Positions 20,302 through 30,348 of a stretch of DNA of 64,000 nt are shown here, piece by piece. Source of the DNA: an uncultured virus (IMG/VR IMGVR_UViG_3300034735_000012). Lineage: Duplodnaviria > Heunggongvirae > Uroviricota > Caudoviricetes. The notes beneath the pieces are model-generated. The model had not been told where the DNA came from and searched no databases. It saw only the letters and a program-made list of their open reading frames with translations. Numbering within the stretch: position 1 is the stretch's first letter; each line of letters starts with the position of its first letter. Location: IMG/VR virus record IMGVR_UViG_3300034735_000012; one strand, written 5' to 3'. The translations under genes and the position numbers were made by a program.

Positions 20302-22116
20302 TTAACCCTCGCTACGACCATTAGTCATTTGGTCAACCCCTTTTTCAATTTTCTTTTTCTGACTGCTTTCTTGGAATCCGTGAGAACGTCCTATAATTTC
20401 TGCACTATGTCCAGAGAAATTTTCATTATAAGTACCTATTTTATACACATTAAAAGCATCGCCTTTTTGATTTAAAACAAGCACAATATCGTCTCTATTT
20501 GTCATTATTCTATCTTTTGTTGCCTCCCATTTCTTAGCCCCCAATATAGCCGCTTGTCTTTTCTGTTCATTAGTTGGTTTCGCTTTCATATATGTGGCTG
20601 TTTTTTCTGCTAATGCTTCGGCTATAGCATCGTTTTTCGATAATACAGGTCTTCTATTTGTCAGTTTAGAAGAACTAAGCATTCCTAACAAACTTACAGA
20701 CTCATCTTTAATATCAATATAAGTCTCATCAATTTGCTGTTTATCTAGCTTTCTGTATTCAGTTGTTTCTCGTATCTTCCCAGTATGATCCTTAAAGACT
20801 AATTCCCCACTTCCTGGTACACCACCATTATCATCTGCAATAAAAGCTCCATGCGAGGGTGGCCGTTTATCAACTTTGTGATATATATGCCTTTTTTTGT
20901 TTGGAGAGTCTTTTATATTTACAGTTGATTGGTTATTTATTTTACCGCTAGCCTGAATTTCTTTAGAGTGGTCAGTTGATAATGTTGCTAAATCATTCAT
21001 ATTTCTAGGCTTTGTATTAAGGCTAGTTACAGCATTATTTTCAGGAGTTCCTGCAAAAAGACTTCCCCATCTGTTAGTATTTTGTTTTTCCAGTTCTTTT
21101 GATTGATTAGCAGATGCTTCTGCGAATAATTTACCTATATCACTGGGCTTTAAGTCTTCTGCCAATATCCCAAAAACCGATTTAAAAAAAACATTATCAT
21201 TTGTTGTTGGTGTAGCATATTTTGCACTTTCTGATTCTGTTGGTTGGTATATACTAGTCGAATTACTAGAATCTAAAACTTCAGATTGACCTGATTCGTT
21301 ACCTGTTTCTTTATTGGCTGTAGCACTTTTATTTTTAAAATTACCCGCATTAGTTTTACCTAATTCTAGTCTTACCTCATCAATTACTTCCTTTAAATCA
21401 TATTCTTGAGTACCTAAAATATTACCTTGATTATCAGTTATTGTTGCTTCATACATAGGTATATTTGAATTATTAAATACTACACTCCCTCTGTCTGTTT
21501 TTACTTGCAATGCTACTCCAACTTGTCTTCCAAGTATTTTAGAAAATTTATTTGCAAAAACAGATTGCACCACAGCTGCACTGCTATTATTATCTGACAT
21601 TGCTGATATTAAACTTTGATCATTATCGTATAACATAGCAGCCTGACTCTTATATTTTTTACCTTGCTCTATATCCTTGCCAGCAGCTATTGCTTTATAT
21701 TTAGCCTCTTTCAATGCACCTAATTGAAGTTGTGCTGCTGCATTTTCTGTTTTTTTCTTTTCAATTTCTAAACCTGCAAGCTCTTTATCGAGTTTATATT
21801 TGTTATATGTTAGTAAACTATTTGTAGCAATATTCCCTAATGACGCTATCATTCCAGTAGTGCTGTTGTCCTCTTTCTTGCTATCCCTTTCTTTAAGAGC
21901 ATTGAATAAATTTTCTTTATAACTTAAATCATTATCATAACCAAACCCTTGTGTACTGCTTTTGTCATTTGCAGAATTTTGTTGCACTTGCCTAGCTGTA
22001 TTTTTTTCTGCTTCATTTGATACTTTTAATAGGTCATCGATACTAAGACTTCCAACGCCTGATTTTTGATCTGATTCAGTATTACCAAATGTAAGATTAT
22101 CCATGTAATCCTCCAT
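20302..22116 (-). CDS. Putative internal virion protein (604 aa)
   Basis: Position in the ejection-protein block; coiled-coil and low-complexity segments; GGAGG RBS. Confidence 0.5.
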   Translation of the reverse strand: MEDYMDNLTFGNTESDQKSGVGSLSIDDLLKVSNEAEKNTARQVQQNSANDKSSTQGFGYDNDLSYKENLFNALKERDSKKEDNSTTGMIASLGNIATNSLLTYNKYKLDKELAGLEIEKKKTENAAAQLQLGALKEAKYKAIAAGKDIEQGKKYKSQAAMLYDNDQSLISAMSDNNSSAAVVQSVFANKFSKILGRQVGVALQVKTDRGSVVFNNSNIPMYEATITDNQGNILGTQEYDLKEVIDEVRLELGKTNAGNFKNKSATANKETGNESGQSEVLDSSNSTSIYQPTESESAKYATPTTNDNVFFKSVFGILAEDLKPSDIGKLFAEASANQSKELEKQNTNRWGSLFAGTPENNAVTSLNTKPRNMNDLATLSTDHSKEIQASGKINNQSTVNIKDSPNKKRHIYHKVDKRPPSHGAFIADDNGGVPGSGELVFKDHTGKIRETTEYRKLDKQQIDETYIDIKDESVSLLGMLSSSKLTNRRPVLSKNDAIAEALAEKTATYMKAKPTNEQKRQAAILGAKKWEATKDRIMTNRDDIVLVLNQKGDAFNVYKIGTYNENFSGHSAEIIGRSHGFQESSQKKKIEKGVDQMTNGRSEG

Positions 22117-22483
22117 TTAATAATTTCAAAAAAGAATCTACTATATTGTTATTTCCTTGAAAGTTTGATGCAGGATTACCATTATTAGATGCTATTAATC
22201 CTGGGGGCTTCGTGAAAGGAGTCTTACCACTAGGTTCGTCTTCATTGTTTTCCTTATTTTTATTACTTCTACCTGTTGGATCAGAATCTTCTTTTTTGCT
22301 AAACGGAATACTTAACATAGCCATTCTTTGTGATATCAAATTATTTAAACTATCTAAGTTCTCTATTCTTTTATCTCTTTGATTATCTTTAAATAGTGAT
22401 CCAAATTTATCAGCAACTTGGTATGTATTAATAGCTTCTGATAATATTTTTACGGTATCTTCTATATTATTTGTTATTGACAT
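22097..22483 (-). CDS. Hypothetical virion-module protein (128 aa)
   Basis: AAGGA RBS; operon context. Confidence 0.55.
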   Translation of the reverse strand: MSITNNIEDTVKILSEAINTYQVADKFGSLFKDNQRDKRIENLDSLNNLISQRMAMLSIPFSKKEDSDPTGRSNKNKENNEDEPSGKTPFTKPPGLIASNNGNPASNFQGNNNIVDSFLKLLNGGLHG

Positions 22484-22492
22484 TTTTGTTCC

Positions 22493-23011
22493 TTAATAGA
22501 GTTGATATTTGCTATAATCATCTTTGAATTGTTTTGCAACAGCATGATCTATAGCATGTAGTTTTTGCTTGTTACCCTCTACACTTTGGAATTTATAATT
22601 GCTTTCTGCATTTAGATTGCCGATATATTGCGAGAATAAATTATTATATGCATCAAATGAATATTTATCAGATGCAGTTTGTGCTGCACTATCTAATCGA
22701 GTTTTTCTATTTACAACAGTTAACTGATTGGCTAGCTTTTCAGAGTTTGTTAAACCGCTGTTTGCAAATCCGCCTCTATTAAACCTATCTGCAAATCTCT
22801 TTGATAAAGCTGTTCCTACGCCAATATTTTTATACGGTAATGGGGTTTCATAAACTTCGGGATTTATTGTTTTACCTCTGCTACTTAATAATTTGTTGTA
22901 TAGTTCAAGAACTTTAGGAGGGAGGTCTTCATTGCTTTTATAAATCCTTTGCCTATATTCTTTAATCCTATCAAAAACACTTTGTTCATTAAAAGGTAAT
23001 GGTTTAGCCAT
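22493..23011 (-). CDS. Hypothetical virion-module protein (172 aa)
   Basis: AAGGA RBS; operon context. Confidence 0.55.
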   Translation of the reverse strand: MAKPLPFNEQSVFDRIKEYRQRIYKSNEDLPPKVLELYNKLLSSRGKTINPEVYETPLPYKNIGVGTALSKRFADRFNRGGFANSGLTNSEKLANQLTVVNRKTRLDSAAQTASDKYSFDAYNNLFSQYIGNLNAESNYKFQSVEGNKQKLHAIDHAVAKQFKDDYSKYQLY

Positions 23012-23015
23012 AGCA

Positions 23016-23591
23016 TTATCCTTTGTTTTTACTATTTAAAATATCATCATCATTTGATCTAAATAACAGATTTAACGTCGATGTAAAATCTTTTTTCTGC
23101 TTATTAGCTTCATTAACGCTATCTAAAAACCTTAAATCATTAAATCTAGTTGTTTTTAATGATGCTACATTAGCCATATTCAGCTTCGCTTCTTTTTCAG
23201 CTGTTCCATAATACTCTGTATTTCTATTATCAAGGTATGATCTTAATACTCTCCCGTTAAGATTTGTATTTGTATATGATGCATTGCCATAGGTATTGGA
23301 TAATTGATCTGATGTTTTATCTTGGAAATCTGCATTTGTTAATCTGGTTGCTTCGCCATACCTATTTTTATTTAGAAAATCTTTATAGCTATCAGAACCA
23401 TCTTTATATCTATCTACTAATTTAAAAACATTTTTTGATGCTGTATTGCTTAATGTACTAGTCGGAGCTGAATATCTACTATATTTTTCTGTCTCTACTG
23501 GAGTAGAACTTTTTTTATATGAATTGTATAACCCAGCAAGCCCAGATGCTATTTGACTGGTTACATACGCAATAGTAACTGGATCAGACAT
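23016..23591 (-). CDS. Putative small ejection / pilot protein (191 aa)
   Basis: N-terminus MSDPVTIA...IASGLAGLY resembles podophage internal proteins; first gene after the adaptors. Confidence 0.5.
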   Translation of the reverse strand: MSDPVTIAYVTSQIASGLAGLYNSYKKSSTPVETEKYSRYSAPTSTLSNTASKNVFKLVDRYKDGSDSYKDFLNKNRYGEATRLTNADFQDKTSDQLSNTYGNASYTNTNLNGRVLRSYLDNRNTEYYGTAEKEAKLNMANVASLKTTRFNDLRFLDSVNEANKQKKDFTSTLNLLFRSNDDDILNSKNKG

Positions 23592-24220
23592 TACAAGCCT
23601 CCATATTTAGCAATTGGTGGTGTTCGTTTAGATACAGATGTTTTTCGCTTATATAATGTTTCTGTTTTCATGTATTGTTTAGAATAAAATATAGACATTT
23701 CTATATTATTTAATGGATATGATGGAGATTTATATAACAGCTCTACGGCTTTATATCTAATGCCCTCTGTATACAATTCTAATATTTCTTTTGCCAGATA
23801 TTCAGAATCTAAACTTGGAATAACGGTTGTTGATATTGTTATCTTTTTATTTTTTAATGTATTTATATAAGGGAATTCAATTCTATTGCTAGATAATGGA
23901 ATGTATGCATTCCTACCGTGATTTGTAGCTTCTCTTTCTTCAATTATTTCATGGTGTTCTACATCATTAACAAATATTTTATTTATTTCGTATATGGTTA
24001 TGTCATCTGGTGTTTTAATTTTTAATATATTACCATCTATTTCACAATCATTTATTTCTACGGTATACCTATACTGTTTAATTTCCTTTAGCAAATATCT
24101 AGTGGCTTCTATACACGTGCTGATAGCCAAAGGCATTGCGAGATTTGGGAAATCTCCTATTAAAATAATACTTGCATCAACCCATTCGGATTTTTCTATA
24201 TCATCATAATAATAAAGCAT
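23591..24220 (-). CDS. Head-tail adaptor-like protein (209 aa)
   Basis: P...A pattern and PSLDSEYL...Y.EGI...A..L...P motif; second of a pair downstream of the capsid gene. Confidence 0.55.
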   Translation of the reverse strand: MLYYYDDIEKSEWVDASIILIGDFPNLAMPLAISTCIEATRYLLKEIKQYRYTVEINDCEIDGNILKIKTPDDITIYEINKIFVNDVEHHEIIEEREATNHGRNAYIPLSSNRIEFPYINTLKNKKITISTTVIPSLDSEYLAKEILELYTEGIRYKAVELLYKSPSYPLNNIEMSIFYSKQYMKTETLYKRKTSVSKRTPPIAKYGGL

Positions 24221-24228
24221 AAGATATC

Positions 24229-24879
24229 CTATTCTTTTGGTGCTTCTTTTTGTGGAGGTTCTTTTAATTCAGGAGCAAATGTTAATAATATTTTTTGAGA
24301 CATACTTAAATATATTTTAGCCATATTAATATTCATTTCATCTCCTGTATCTTTCATAAGATATGCACTTGCAATAGCATATGATAAATATTTTCTATAT
24401 GTTTCAGGTAGATTAATTAGGCTATCTTGATTTAAATGAACTGATGGGTTAACAAGGAAATCAACTAATATTTTGTTACCATCATTTTTTTGTGGTGGAT
24501 AAACTTCAAAACTTTTATCACATGAACCCACCATATAATTATATATTTTGTTAGCTTTTTTATCTGTACGCCAGTTAGGAAATCGTTTTTCTAGTAGGAC
24601 TCTATCAACAAATGATACGCCTCTACCCACGCTCTTATCTTTATTTATATTATATAAAATACTATATATTTTAAGGCAATCTCTGGGTAAACTGTTTAGC
24701 GTATCTTTGCTTAGAATAAACTCTCTACGCTCAATAAATGACTTTATTTCAGTTAAAGCAAGCTCCTCTAATGCAAACTTCGCTAACTGAAATAATTCTG
24801 CTTGGTTAATCTCTAAAGGCAATACTGCATCATTTAATAATATATGCACATCGCCTAGTAGATTTTTAATGTTGAACAT
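24229..24879 (-). CDS. Head-tail adaptor-like protein (216 aa)
   Basis: LPRDC, VDRVLLEKRFPNW, FEVYPP, AYLMKD motifs typical of adaptor proteins following N4-gp56-type capsid genes. Confidence 0.65.
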   Translation of the reverse strand: MFNIKNLLGDVHILLNDAVLPLEINQAELFQLAKFALEELALTEIKSFIERREFILSKDTLNSLPRDCLKIYSILYNINKDKSVGRGVSFVDRVLLEKRFPNWRTDKKANKIYNYMVGSCDKSFEVYPPQKNDGNKILVDFLVNPSVHLNQDSLINLPETYRKYLSYAIASAYLMKDTGDEMNINMAKIYLSMSQKILLTFAPELKEPPQKEAPKE

Positions 24880-24881
24880 TA

Positions 24882-26582
24882 TTAGATAGCAACGTCTAAC
24901 ACTGCAACGCCGAAATCTTCTAAATGCTCATATGGGTCATTCATAAAATTGGCAGGGTTTTGTATATAATTTCTACTTGGGAATTGTGGCTTTTCAAATC
25001 CAAATATTCTACCACTAGCAATACCTAGTGAGTTTTCATAATCGAATTCTTTTTCAACCCAGATTGGAGACCCATCAAGTGAACACATACCTAATGCTTG
25101 AGAACCGCAGAATAATACACGGCAATAATCTACACCACCAGATAACTTATCGACTGCTTCCACCGCATCAAGATAGGCTTTTTCTGCCGCAGTAAGATCT
25201 ACTCTTGCCGCAGTTAACGCTGCTGTTGCGACATTGTGTTTCTTTTTTTCATCAACAACCGTAGTATCAGCTTTATTGCCTTTAGCATCTTTAAGAGCTT
25301 TCTCATACACTGCTTTCTGATCGCGATAATCACTTTCAGCAACCCCTAAAGCATCTTTTTTAGTCTTACGATCAGTTCTTGTAGTATCAACCGTAGCTTT
25401 AAGAGTCTTTAGAGTTACAGCATCTCCAGCACCACCTTTAAGTTCTTTTGCAGAATTTAATGTATTAAATACATGATGGTATTCATGGATTACCATTCCA
25501 TCTAATGTAACAGTTCCGCCAGAGAATATTGGATTCGAACTCCCACGCTGTGCGGCAAATCTAATTGATTCTTTATAATCAGCATCAAGTTTAAGTTTTA
25601 GATATGCTTTAGGGTGCAAAAAGATATGATAAAATTCATCGCCGTGATTGCCTCTAATTCCACGCATATGCTGTGTTTTTAATTCAGTCCGAATTGTAAC
25701 TAAAGCATTATAGGTTAAATGATCTTGTGGCTGTATATTATCTAAATGGGCTACACGTTTATCTGCTAGAGTTCCTGATACATCTGCTCCATTTGCATCT
25801 TTAATTTTTTCATCAGCAAGTGCTACTAGCTTTTCTTCTCTTAAAACTTTGCCTGAATTATCAATAACTTTGTTTTGCCATCTAAAGCAACGATTAGGAC
25901 TAGGGGCATGTATACGCTTCGCAAATTCAAGTTCAGATAATGATGTACCAGACATACCATCATAGCCATAACTATCAGATTTAGTGCCAGAAAATGTACC
26001 TATTGCTACCGCTCTATCAGTACTCATTGGTCTCATAGTTCCGCCACGAGGATCTACTCTTAGTGAGCCATCTGTATTAAATTGATACGGAACACCAGAC
26101 AATGTTAGGAAACCTAACTGATCCACGATATCAGCAAGCCAATATCCTAGTTTGTCTTTAGATTGCTCTCTAAAGCTTAGAATGTTTCTTTGAGTAGTCA
26201 TTCTACCTACATTACGTGTAGCGTTTCTCAACTGGTCAATAGTGATTTCAGTATCGAATGATCGCATTTCTTCTTCGCGACCCTCAAGGGCATAATCCCC
26301 TGTTACGCCTTGACCTGTTAAGTCTTGCACAAGTTGCATAATGGCTTTTTCGCCACGACTTGTTTCCGTTAGATCAGTAATACGTTGGATCATTGAATTG
26401 ACAGAAGTGCCAGAGAATCGCATAACAAAACTTTGATTTCGTGCATGTTGCCATAGTTTTTTAACCCAAACGGACTTTTGATTGCGATTTAAGCGACTAA
26501 AATCGGTAGTTCCGACTAGTACTTTGCTATTATTAGGAGTGCGAACAATTTTAGGGATAGGTGTAGAATCAGTATTAGGCAT
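24882..26582 (-). CDS. Major capsid protein, N4-gp56/DUF4043 type, with insertions (566 aa)
   Basis: TDFSRL..VW, NSMIQRITDL, GVTGDYALEGREE, ITIDQLRNA, FREQSKDKLGYWLAD, FLHP, NPIFSG, RVLFCGSQALG, FDYEN, DFGV; follows portal and scaffold. Confidence 0.92.
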   Translation of the reverse strand: MPNTDSTPIPKIVRTPNNSKVLVGTTDFSRLNRNQKSVWVKKLWQHARNQSFVMRFSGTSVNSMIQRITDLTETSRGEKAIMQLVQDLTGQGVTGDYALEGREEEMRSFDTEITIDQLRNATRNVGRMTTQRNILSFREQSKDKLGYWLADIVDQLGFLTLSGVPYQFNTDGSLRVDPRGGTMRPMSTDRAVAIGTFSGTKSDSYGYDGMSGTSLSELEFAKRIHAPSPNRCFRWQNKVIDNSGKVLREEKLVALADEKIKDANGADVSGTLADKRVAHLDNIQPQDHLTYNALVTIRTELKTQHMRGIRGNHGDEFYHIFLHPKAYLKLKLDADYKESIRFAAQRGSSNPIFSGGTVTLDGMVIHEYHHVFNTLNSAKELKGGAGDAVTLKTLKATVDTTRTDRKTKKDALGVAESDYRDQKAVYEKALKDAKGNKADTTVVDEKKKHNVATAALTAARVDLTAAEKAYLDAVEAVDKLSGGVDYCRVLFCGSQALGMCSLDGSPIWVEKEFDYENSLGIASGRIFGFEKPQFPSRNYIQNPANFMNDPYEHLEDFGVAVLDVAI

Positions 26583-26689
26583 AATAAGTTCTTTTCGTTG
26601 TCAATGTTAAGGTTCTTGTCATTGTCGATAGACTAACGAAAACGCCCTTAAAGATGGCGACTCTTGCTTCTAACTCTTACTAGAGTTAG

Positions 26690-26718
26690 TTTACCCTAGT
26701 AAGACACAAATGTCAAAT
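26690..26718 (-). promoter_or_regulatory. sigma70-like promoter for the capsid gene
   Basis: Minus strand TTGACA-N17-TAAACT, upstream of a ~100-nt hairpin-rich leader. Confidence 0.7.
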
Positions 26719-26719
26719 T

Positions 26720-27685
26720 TTACTCGTTTGCCATTTTGTTCATATAAGCGTCAACTTCTTTTGCTGAAAGTTTATCAAATTCTTCATCTGACATATTTTC
26801 AAAATCAGGTATCGCAGAACTGCTTGATAATGAGCTTTGCATTTCTGGTGGTTGACTTTGAGACGCTTTTACTTTTTCATTGAGCCTAGAATTATTATTT
26901 GTTTTTTTGTTTTCATTAGGCTTTCTTAAACCTTGAGAGACTAAAAAACTTTCAACTTCATGTGGCTTTTCATATAGCAATACTTTGCTAGTAGAATCTT
27001 TTAAGGCATCAGCAGGAGACTTGCCTTTTTTTATTTCTGCTTCCGAAAATGAAATTATTGTATTAACAATATCATTATCAAAATTTTCATTTTCAGGAGA
27101 TAAAAACGGGAACGCTTTTTCAATAGACTCCTTAACAACTTCAAAATCTTCCTGTTCTTTTGTATATTTAACATGGGTAGGTACATTTTTAGCCATTTCA
27201 CTGATGGCTTCTTGCTTAATTCGTTCCTCTCTATTAGATAAAATAGATGCTACCTTACGCATATCGCCATTCAAAAAAGAGCTTTCTAGTTCTGAAATAT
27301 ACGTTTCTTCTTCTTTAGTTTCTTTTTCTTTTATACTTTCTAAGTTTCTATTTTCTTCTATTTGTTTATATCTTTTTAATTCTTCTTCGGCTTGTCGTCT
27401 GTTTCTTATTTCTTGATCCAGTCTAGCTTTAGGGATCATCAAGTCTTTTTTCTTTTCCTCTTGAAGATCTTCCTCTTGAAGATCTTCCTCTTGAGGAGAT
27501 TCTTCTTGAGGAGCTTCTTCTTCTTGAGAAACTTCCTCTTGAGGAGATTCCTCTTGAGGAGATTCTTCTTCTGGGGTTTCTGTGCTTAATGGTTCTGATC
27601 CATCAATTAATGCAATTTCTTCTGCCGTTAATGCATCATCTTCAAACGGAGTTGCACCAAGCTCTAACTCTTTATCGTCGGCCAT
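26720..27685 (-). CDS. Capsid scaffolding protein (321 aa)
   Basis: Acidic EESPQ repeats, MIPKARLDQ, coiled coil, SQPP and C-terminal DFENMSDEEFDKL; between portal and capsid genes. Confidence 0.8.
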   Translation of the reverse strand: MADDKELELGATPFEDDALTAEEIALIDGSEPLSTETPEEESPQEESPQEEVSQEEEAPQEESPQEEDLQEEDLQEEKKKDLMIPKARLDQEIRNRRQAEEELKRYKQIEENRNLESIKEKETKEEETYISELESSFLNGDMRKVASILSNREERIKQEAISEMAKNVPTHVKYTKEQEDFEVVKESIEKAFPFLSPENENFDNDIVNTIISFSEAEIKKGKSPADALKDSTSKVLLYEKPHEVESFLVSQGLRKPNENKKTNNNSRLNEKVKASQSQPPEMQSSLSSSSAIPDFENMSDEEFDKLSAKEVDAYMNKMANE

Positions 27686-30348
27686 TAATTTTTCCTTTTT
27701 TGTGATTTAGATTGCTGTATTGGTTTACTAGTATCAAACGTCTTTTTAGCTTTTTCTTTTTCATAGTTTTCAATTATTTTATTACGAGTTGTTGCCTCTT
27801 GCATTTGTATATCAGCATTAAGACCTAAGTATTTGTTGCTTAATTGATTAATCCCTTTCTGCTGTTCTACATTATTACTAGCATTAGCTTTTATTAGCTC
27901 TTTCTGAATACCAGCTTCATTCGACATTGCGGATTTTGCTAGATCAGCTTGTAATGAGTTATCAGATAATGCTGTTCTTAAATCACTGTTTATCTTAGCT
28001 TCTGTTAATGTTACTTCGTGTTGTATGTTTGCCATATCTGGTTTAGCCACTTCTATTTGAGCTTTAGCACCATTGAGCATTGATTCGCTTGTTATCTTCT
28101 GGATTTCAGCTTGTAGCTTCTGCAGGTTGAGCTTCATTTCTTCTATAGCTGCTTGAGTTTTAATTTGCTCTAATTGTTGTTCTTCTTCACTAGGTGGTTG
28201 CAAGCCCTCAATAGCTTTCAGTTCTTCTGCTATTTCTCTTTTATTAATTAAATCAGACGCTAGAACAGCTCTATAATTGGGTATTTCTATGCCTGCTTGT
28301 TTCATAGACATTATCTGGTCAAACATCATATTGTCTAATGTAGAGGCTTCTGGGAATGATCGTATAGCAATACTATAATCGCCAATAGAAATATCATTAA
28401 TTATAGAGTCTTCTATAGGGTGTGCTTGATTGATAACAATTTTTTCAAAGCCCTCATCATGCTTATGAGGATCAGAGATAGTAAAGACTCTATTATCATT
28501 ATAAAATGTTTGTAACATTTCAATCATTCGTTCTCCTAATGATGTTCTAAATATATTTAGTTGGTCATTAAGTACAGAATACCCATCTTTGACTTGTGAG
28601 AATTTCCTTTCTAAAGTAGCCTCTGACGTACTAGACGCTTTACCTATCCCCAGAAATGCACTATCAATTCCTGATACAAGTGTAATATTTTCAGATGCTT
28701 TTTGTGATGCATGTGCTAAACCATTTGGTATATTATTAGGCTGAATTTTTAAAGGAGCATTTTTTGTGTTCCTTTTATATTCTAATACTATTCCTGATGT
28801 TGATCCGTTTTGTGCTAGTTCTTCTGTAGACATATTAGCTAATGAGTTTTCTTCTACTACCCAACCGCTATTTGCTGTAGTGTTTATTACATGAGTTTCT
28901 TGGCTTTCTATTTTATTTAACTGCTCTTGAGGGCTTATTAAATTTTCAACAATACCAAAAGTATTACTACTTCCTGATGAATAACAAAATATTGGAGTAA
29001 TGGTAAAAGTTTTATACGGCGACCAAGAGTCCTGTAATACAACATTACCTGCAGTAGTAGTCCATCTAATAACTTCTGTTTTTTTATTTAAAATTGCATA
29101 TTGGTTTTTTTTCGCAAAACTCTCAACTCTTTCTCTTTCCCAACTACTAGGAATAGGCCTGCAATCTTTTGTTGATAAATCTAAAAAATGTGGTTTAGTT
29201 ATATATTTTTTATACTGTCTACTTATGACTCTTACACATCTCATTTCTTGATTATCTTCTGGATCAAGCTCGTTATAATTCCAACCAATAGAATTGTTGC
29301 TAAAATAGTTATTACTCTCATCTGCAAACATATAAAGATCGTCTCTAAAGGTAGAGTGCATTGCCTTGTCTTTTACCTCTTTTGCTTTTTTCTCTCCATA
29401 TTGTAGTGATACATCATTAAGAGATAACCACTTAGTAGTTATAACTTGCCCCCACGTTAATGGATCATTCCCCGATGAATCTGGGTCAAGAACGACTTCT
29501 TCTGGATTTACTCTTTTGACAACAATCTCTCCCTCTATATTGTCATCAAACGATATTCGGCTCTCCACAAACCCACGTCCAGTAACAAGAGCGTCCTTGA
29601 ACGCTTGGTTTTCTACAGAGGTAAACTTATTACGCCTGCAGATATACATTAAAACTTTTGTTAATACTTCTGCTCTATCGGTGTCTTCTAATGAAGTTGC
29701 TTGTGCAATTAGAGTTGACCCTTGTTTGATTTTAAGTGCAAGTATTGAGTTAACAACAGATAATATTCTGTTTGTAGTTAAGGCAGGCCTTTTAACTTCT
29801 CGCAAATATCTTAAATCTGATTCGCTCCATTGTTTCCCTATGTAAAAGTCATAACATTTTTTAGCCTTTTCCATATATTCATTATGCCCATAATCTCTAG
29901 CTCTAATATAATGCTTTATGTTTTCTTCTGATAACTTAGTTTCTTCTTCTTCTGATAATCCAGTTTCTCCAAATGAATTATCATTTCTAATAAGTTGATC
30001 CGACTGTTGATCTACTTCCATTTCTATTAATGGAGTTCTTGATTCTAATATTTCATGGTTTTTTCTAATAGTACTTAGCTTTTCTTCTAATTGTTTGTTC
30101 TGTTTATTCCTAATATAATTATTTAAGAAATAAGCAATCCCCATAATTTCTTGTTGGTTATTTTCTGATTCTCTTTCACTAGCTCGACTAGCTACCATTT
30201 CAAGAGCTAGTTCCATTGTTGATTTATCTGAATCTAATAACTGTTGCTCATCTTGATCTATTTCTGCACGTTCTTCTTGTAAAGCATCAAGGTTCTGGTC
30301 AATTTGTTCTTCTTGTCCTATTTCATCATTTCCATATGTAGTATTCAT
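27685..30348 (-). CDS. Portal protein, P22 gp1-like
   Basis: FYIGKQW, RPALTTNRI, FKDALVTGRGF, DPD, FGIVENLISPQEQLNK, SGI motifs and a C-terminal coiled-coil barrel. Start moved to ATG 30348 (ATGA overlap with the terL stop). Confidence 0.9.
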   Translation of the reverse strand: MNTTYGNDEIGQEEQIDQNLDALQEERAEIDQDEQQLLDSDKSTMELALEMVASRASERESENNQQEIMGIAYFLNNYIRNKQNKQLEEKLSTIRKNHEILESRTPLIEMEVDQQSDQLIRNDNSFGETGLSEEEETKLSEENIKHYIRARDYGHNEYMEKAKKCYDFYIGKQWSESDLRYLREVKRPALTTNRILSVVNSILALKIKQGSTLIAQATSLEDTDRAEVLTKVLMYICRRNKFTSVENQAFKDALVTGRGFVESRISFDDNIEGEIVVKRVNPEEVVLDPDSSGNDPLTWGQVITTKWLSLNDVSLQYGEKKAKEVKDKAMHSTFRDDLYMFADESNNYFSNNSIGWNYNELDPEDNQEMRCVRVISRQYKKYITKPHFLDLSTKDCRPIPSSWERERVESFAKKNQYAILNKKTEVIRWTTTAGNVVLQDSWSPYKTFTITPIFCYSSGSSNTFGIVENLISPQEQLNKIESQETHVINTTANSGWVVEENSLANMSTEELAQNGSTSGIVLEYKRNTKNAPLKIQPNNIPNGLAHASQKASENITLVSGIDSAFLGIGKASSTSEATLERKFSQVKDGYSVLNDQLNIFRTSLGERMIEMLQTFYNDNRVFTISDPHKHDEGFEKIVINQAHPIEDSIINDISIGDYSIAIRSFPEASTLDNMMFDQIMSMKQAGIEIPNYRAVLASDLINKREIAEELKAIEGLQPPSEEEQQLEQIKTQAAIEEMKLNLQKLQAEIQKITSESMLNGAKAQIEVAKPDMANIQHEVTLTEAKINSDLRTALSDNSLQADLAKSAMSNEAGIQKELIKANASNNVEQQKGINQLSNKYLGLNADIQMQEATTRNKIIENYEKEKAKKTFDTSKPIQQSKSQKRKN

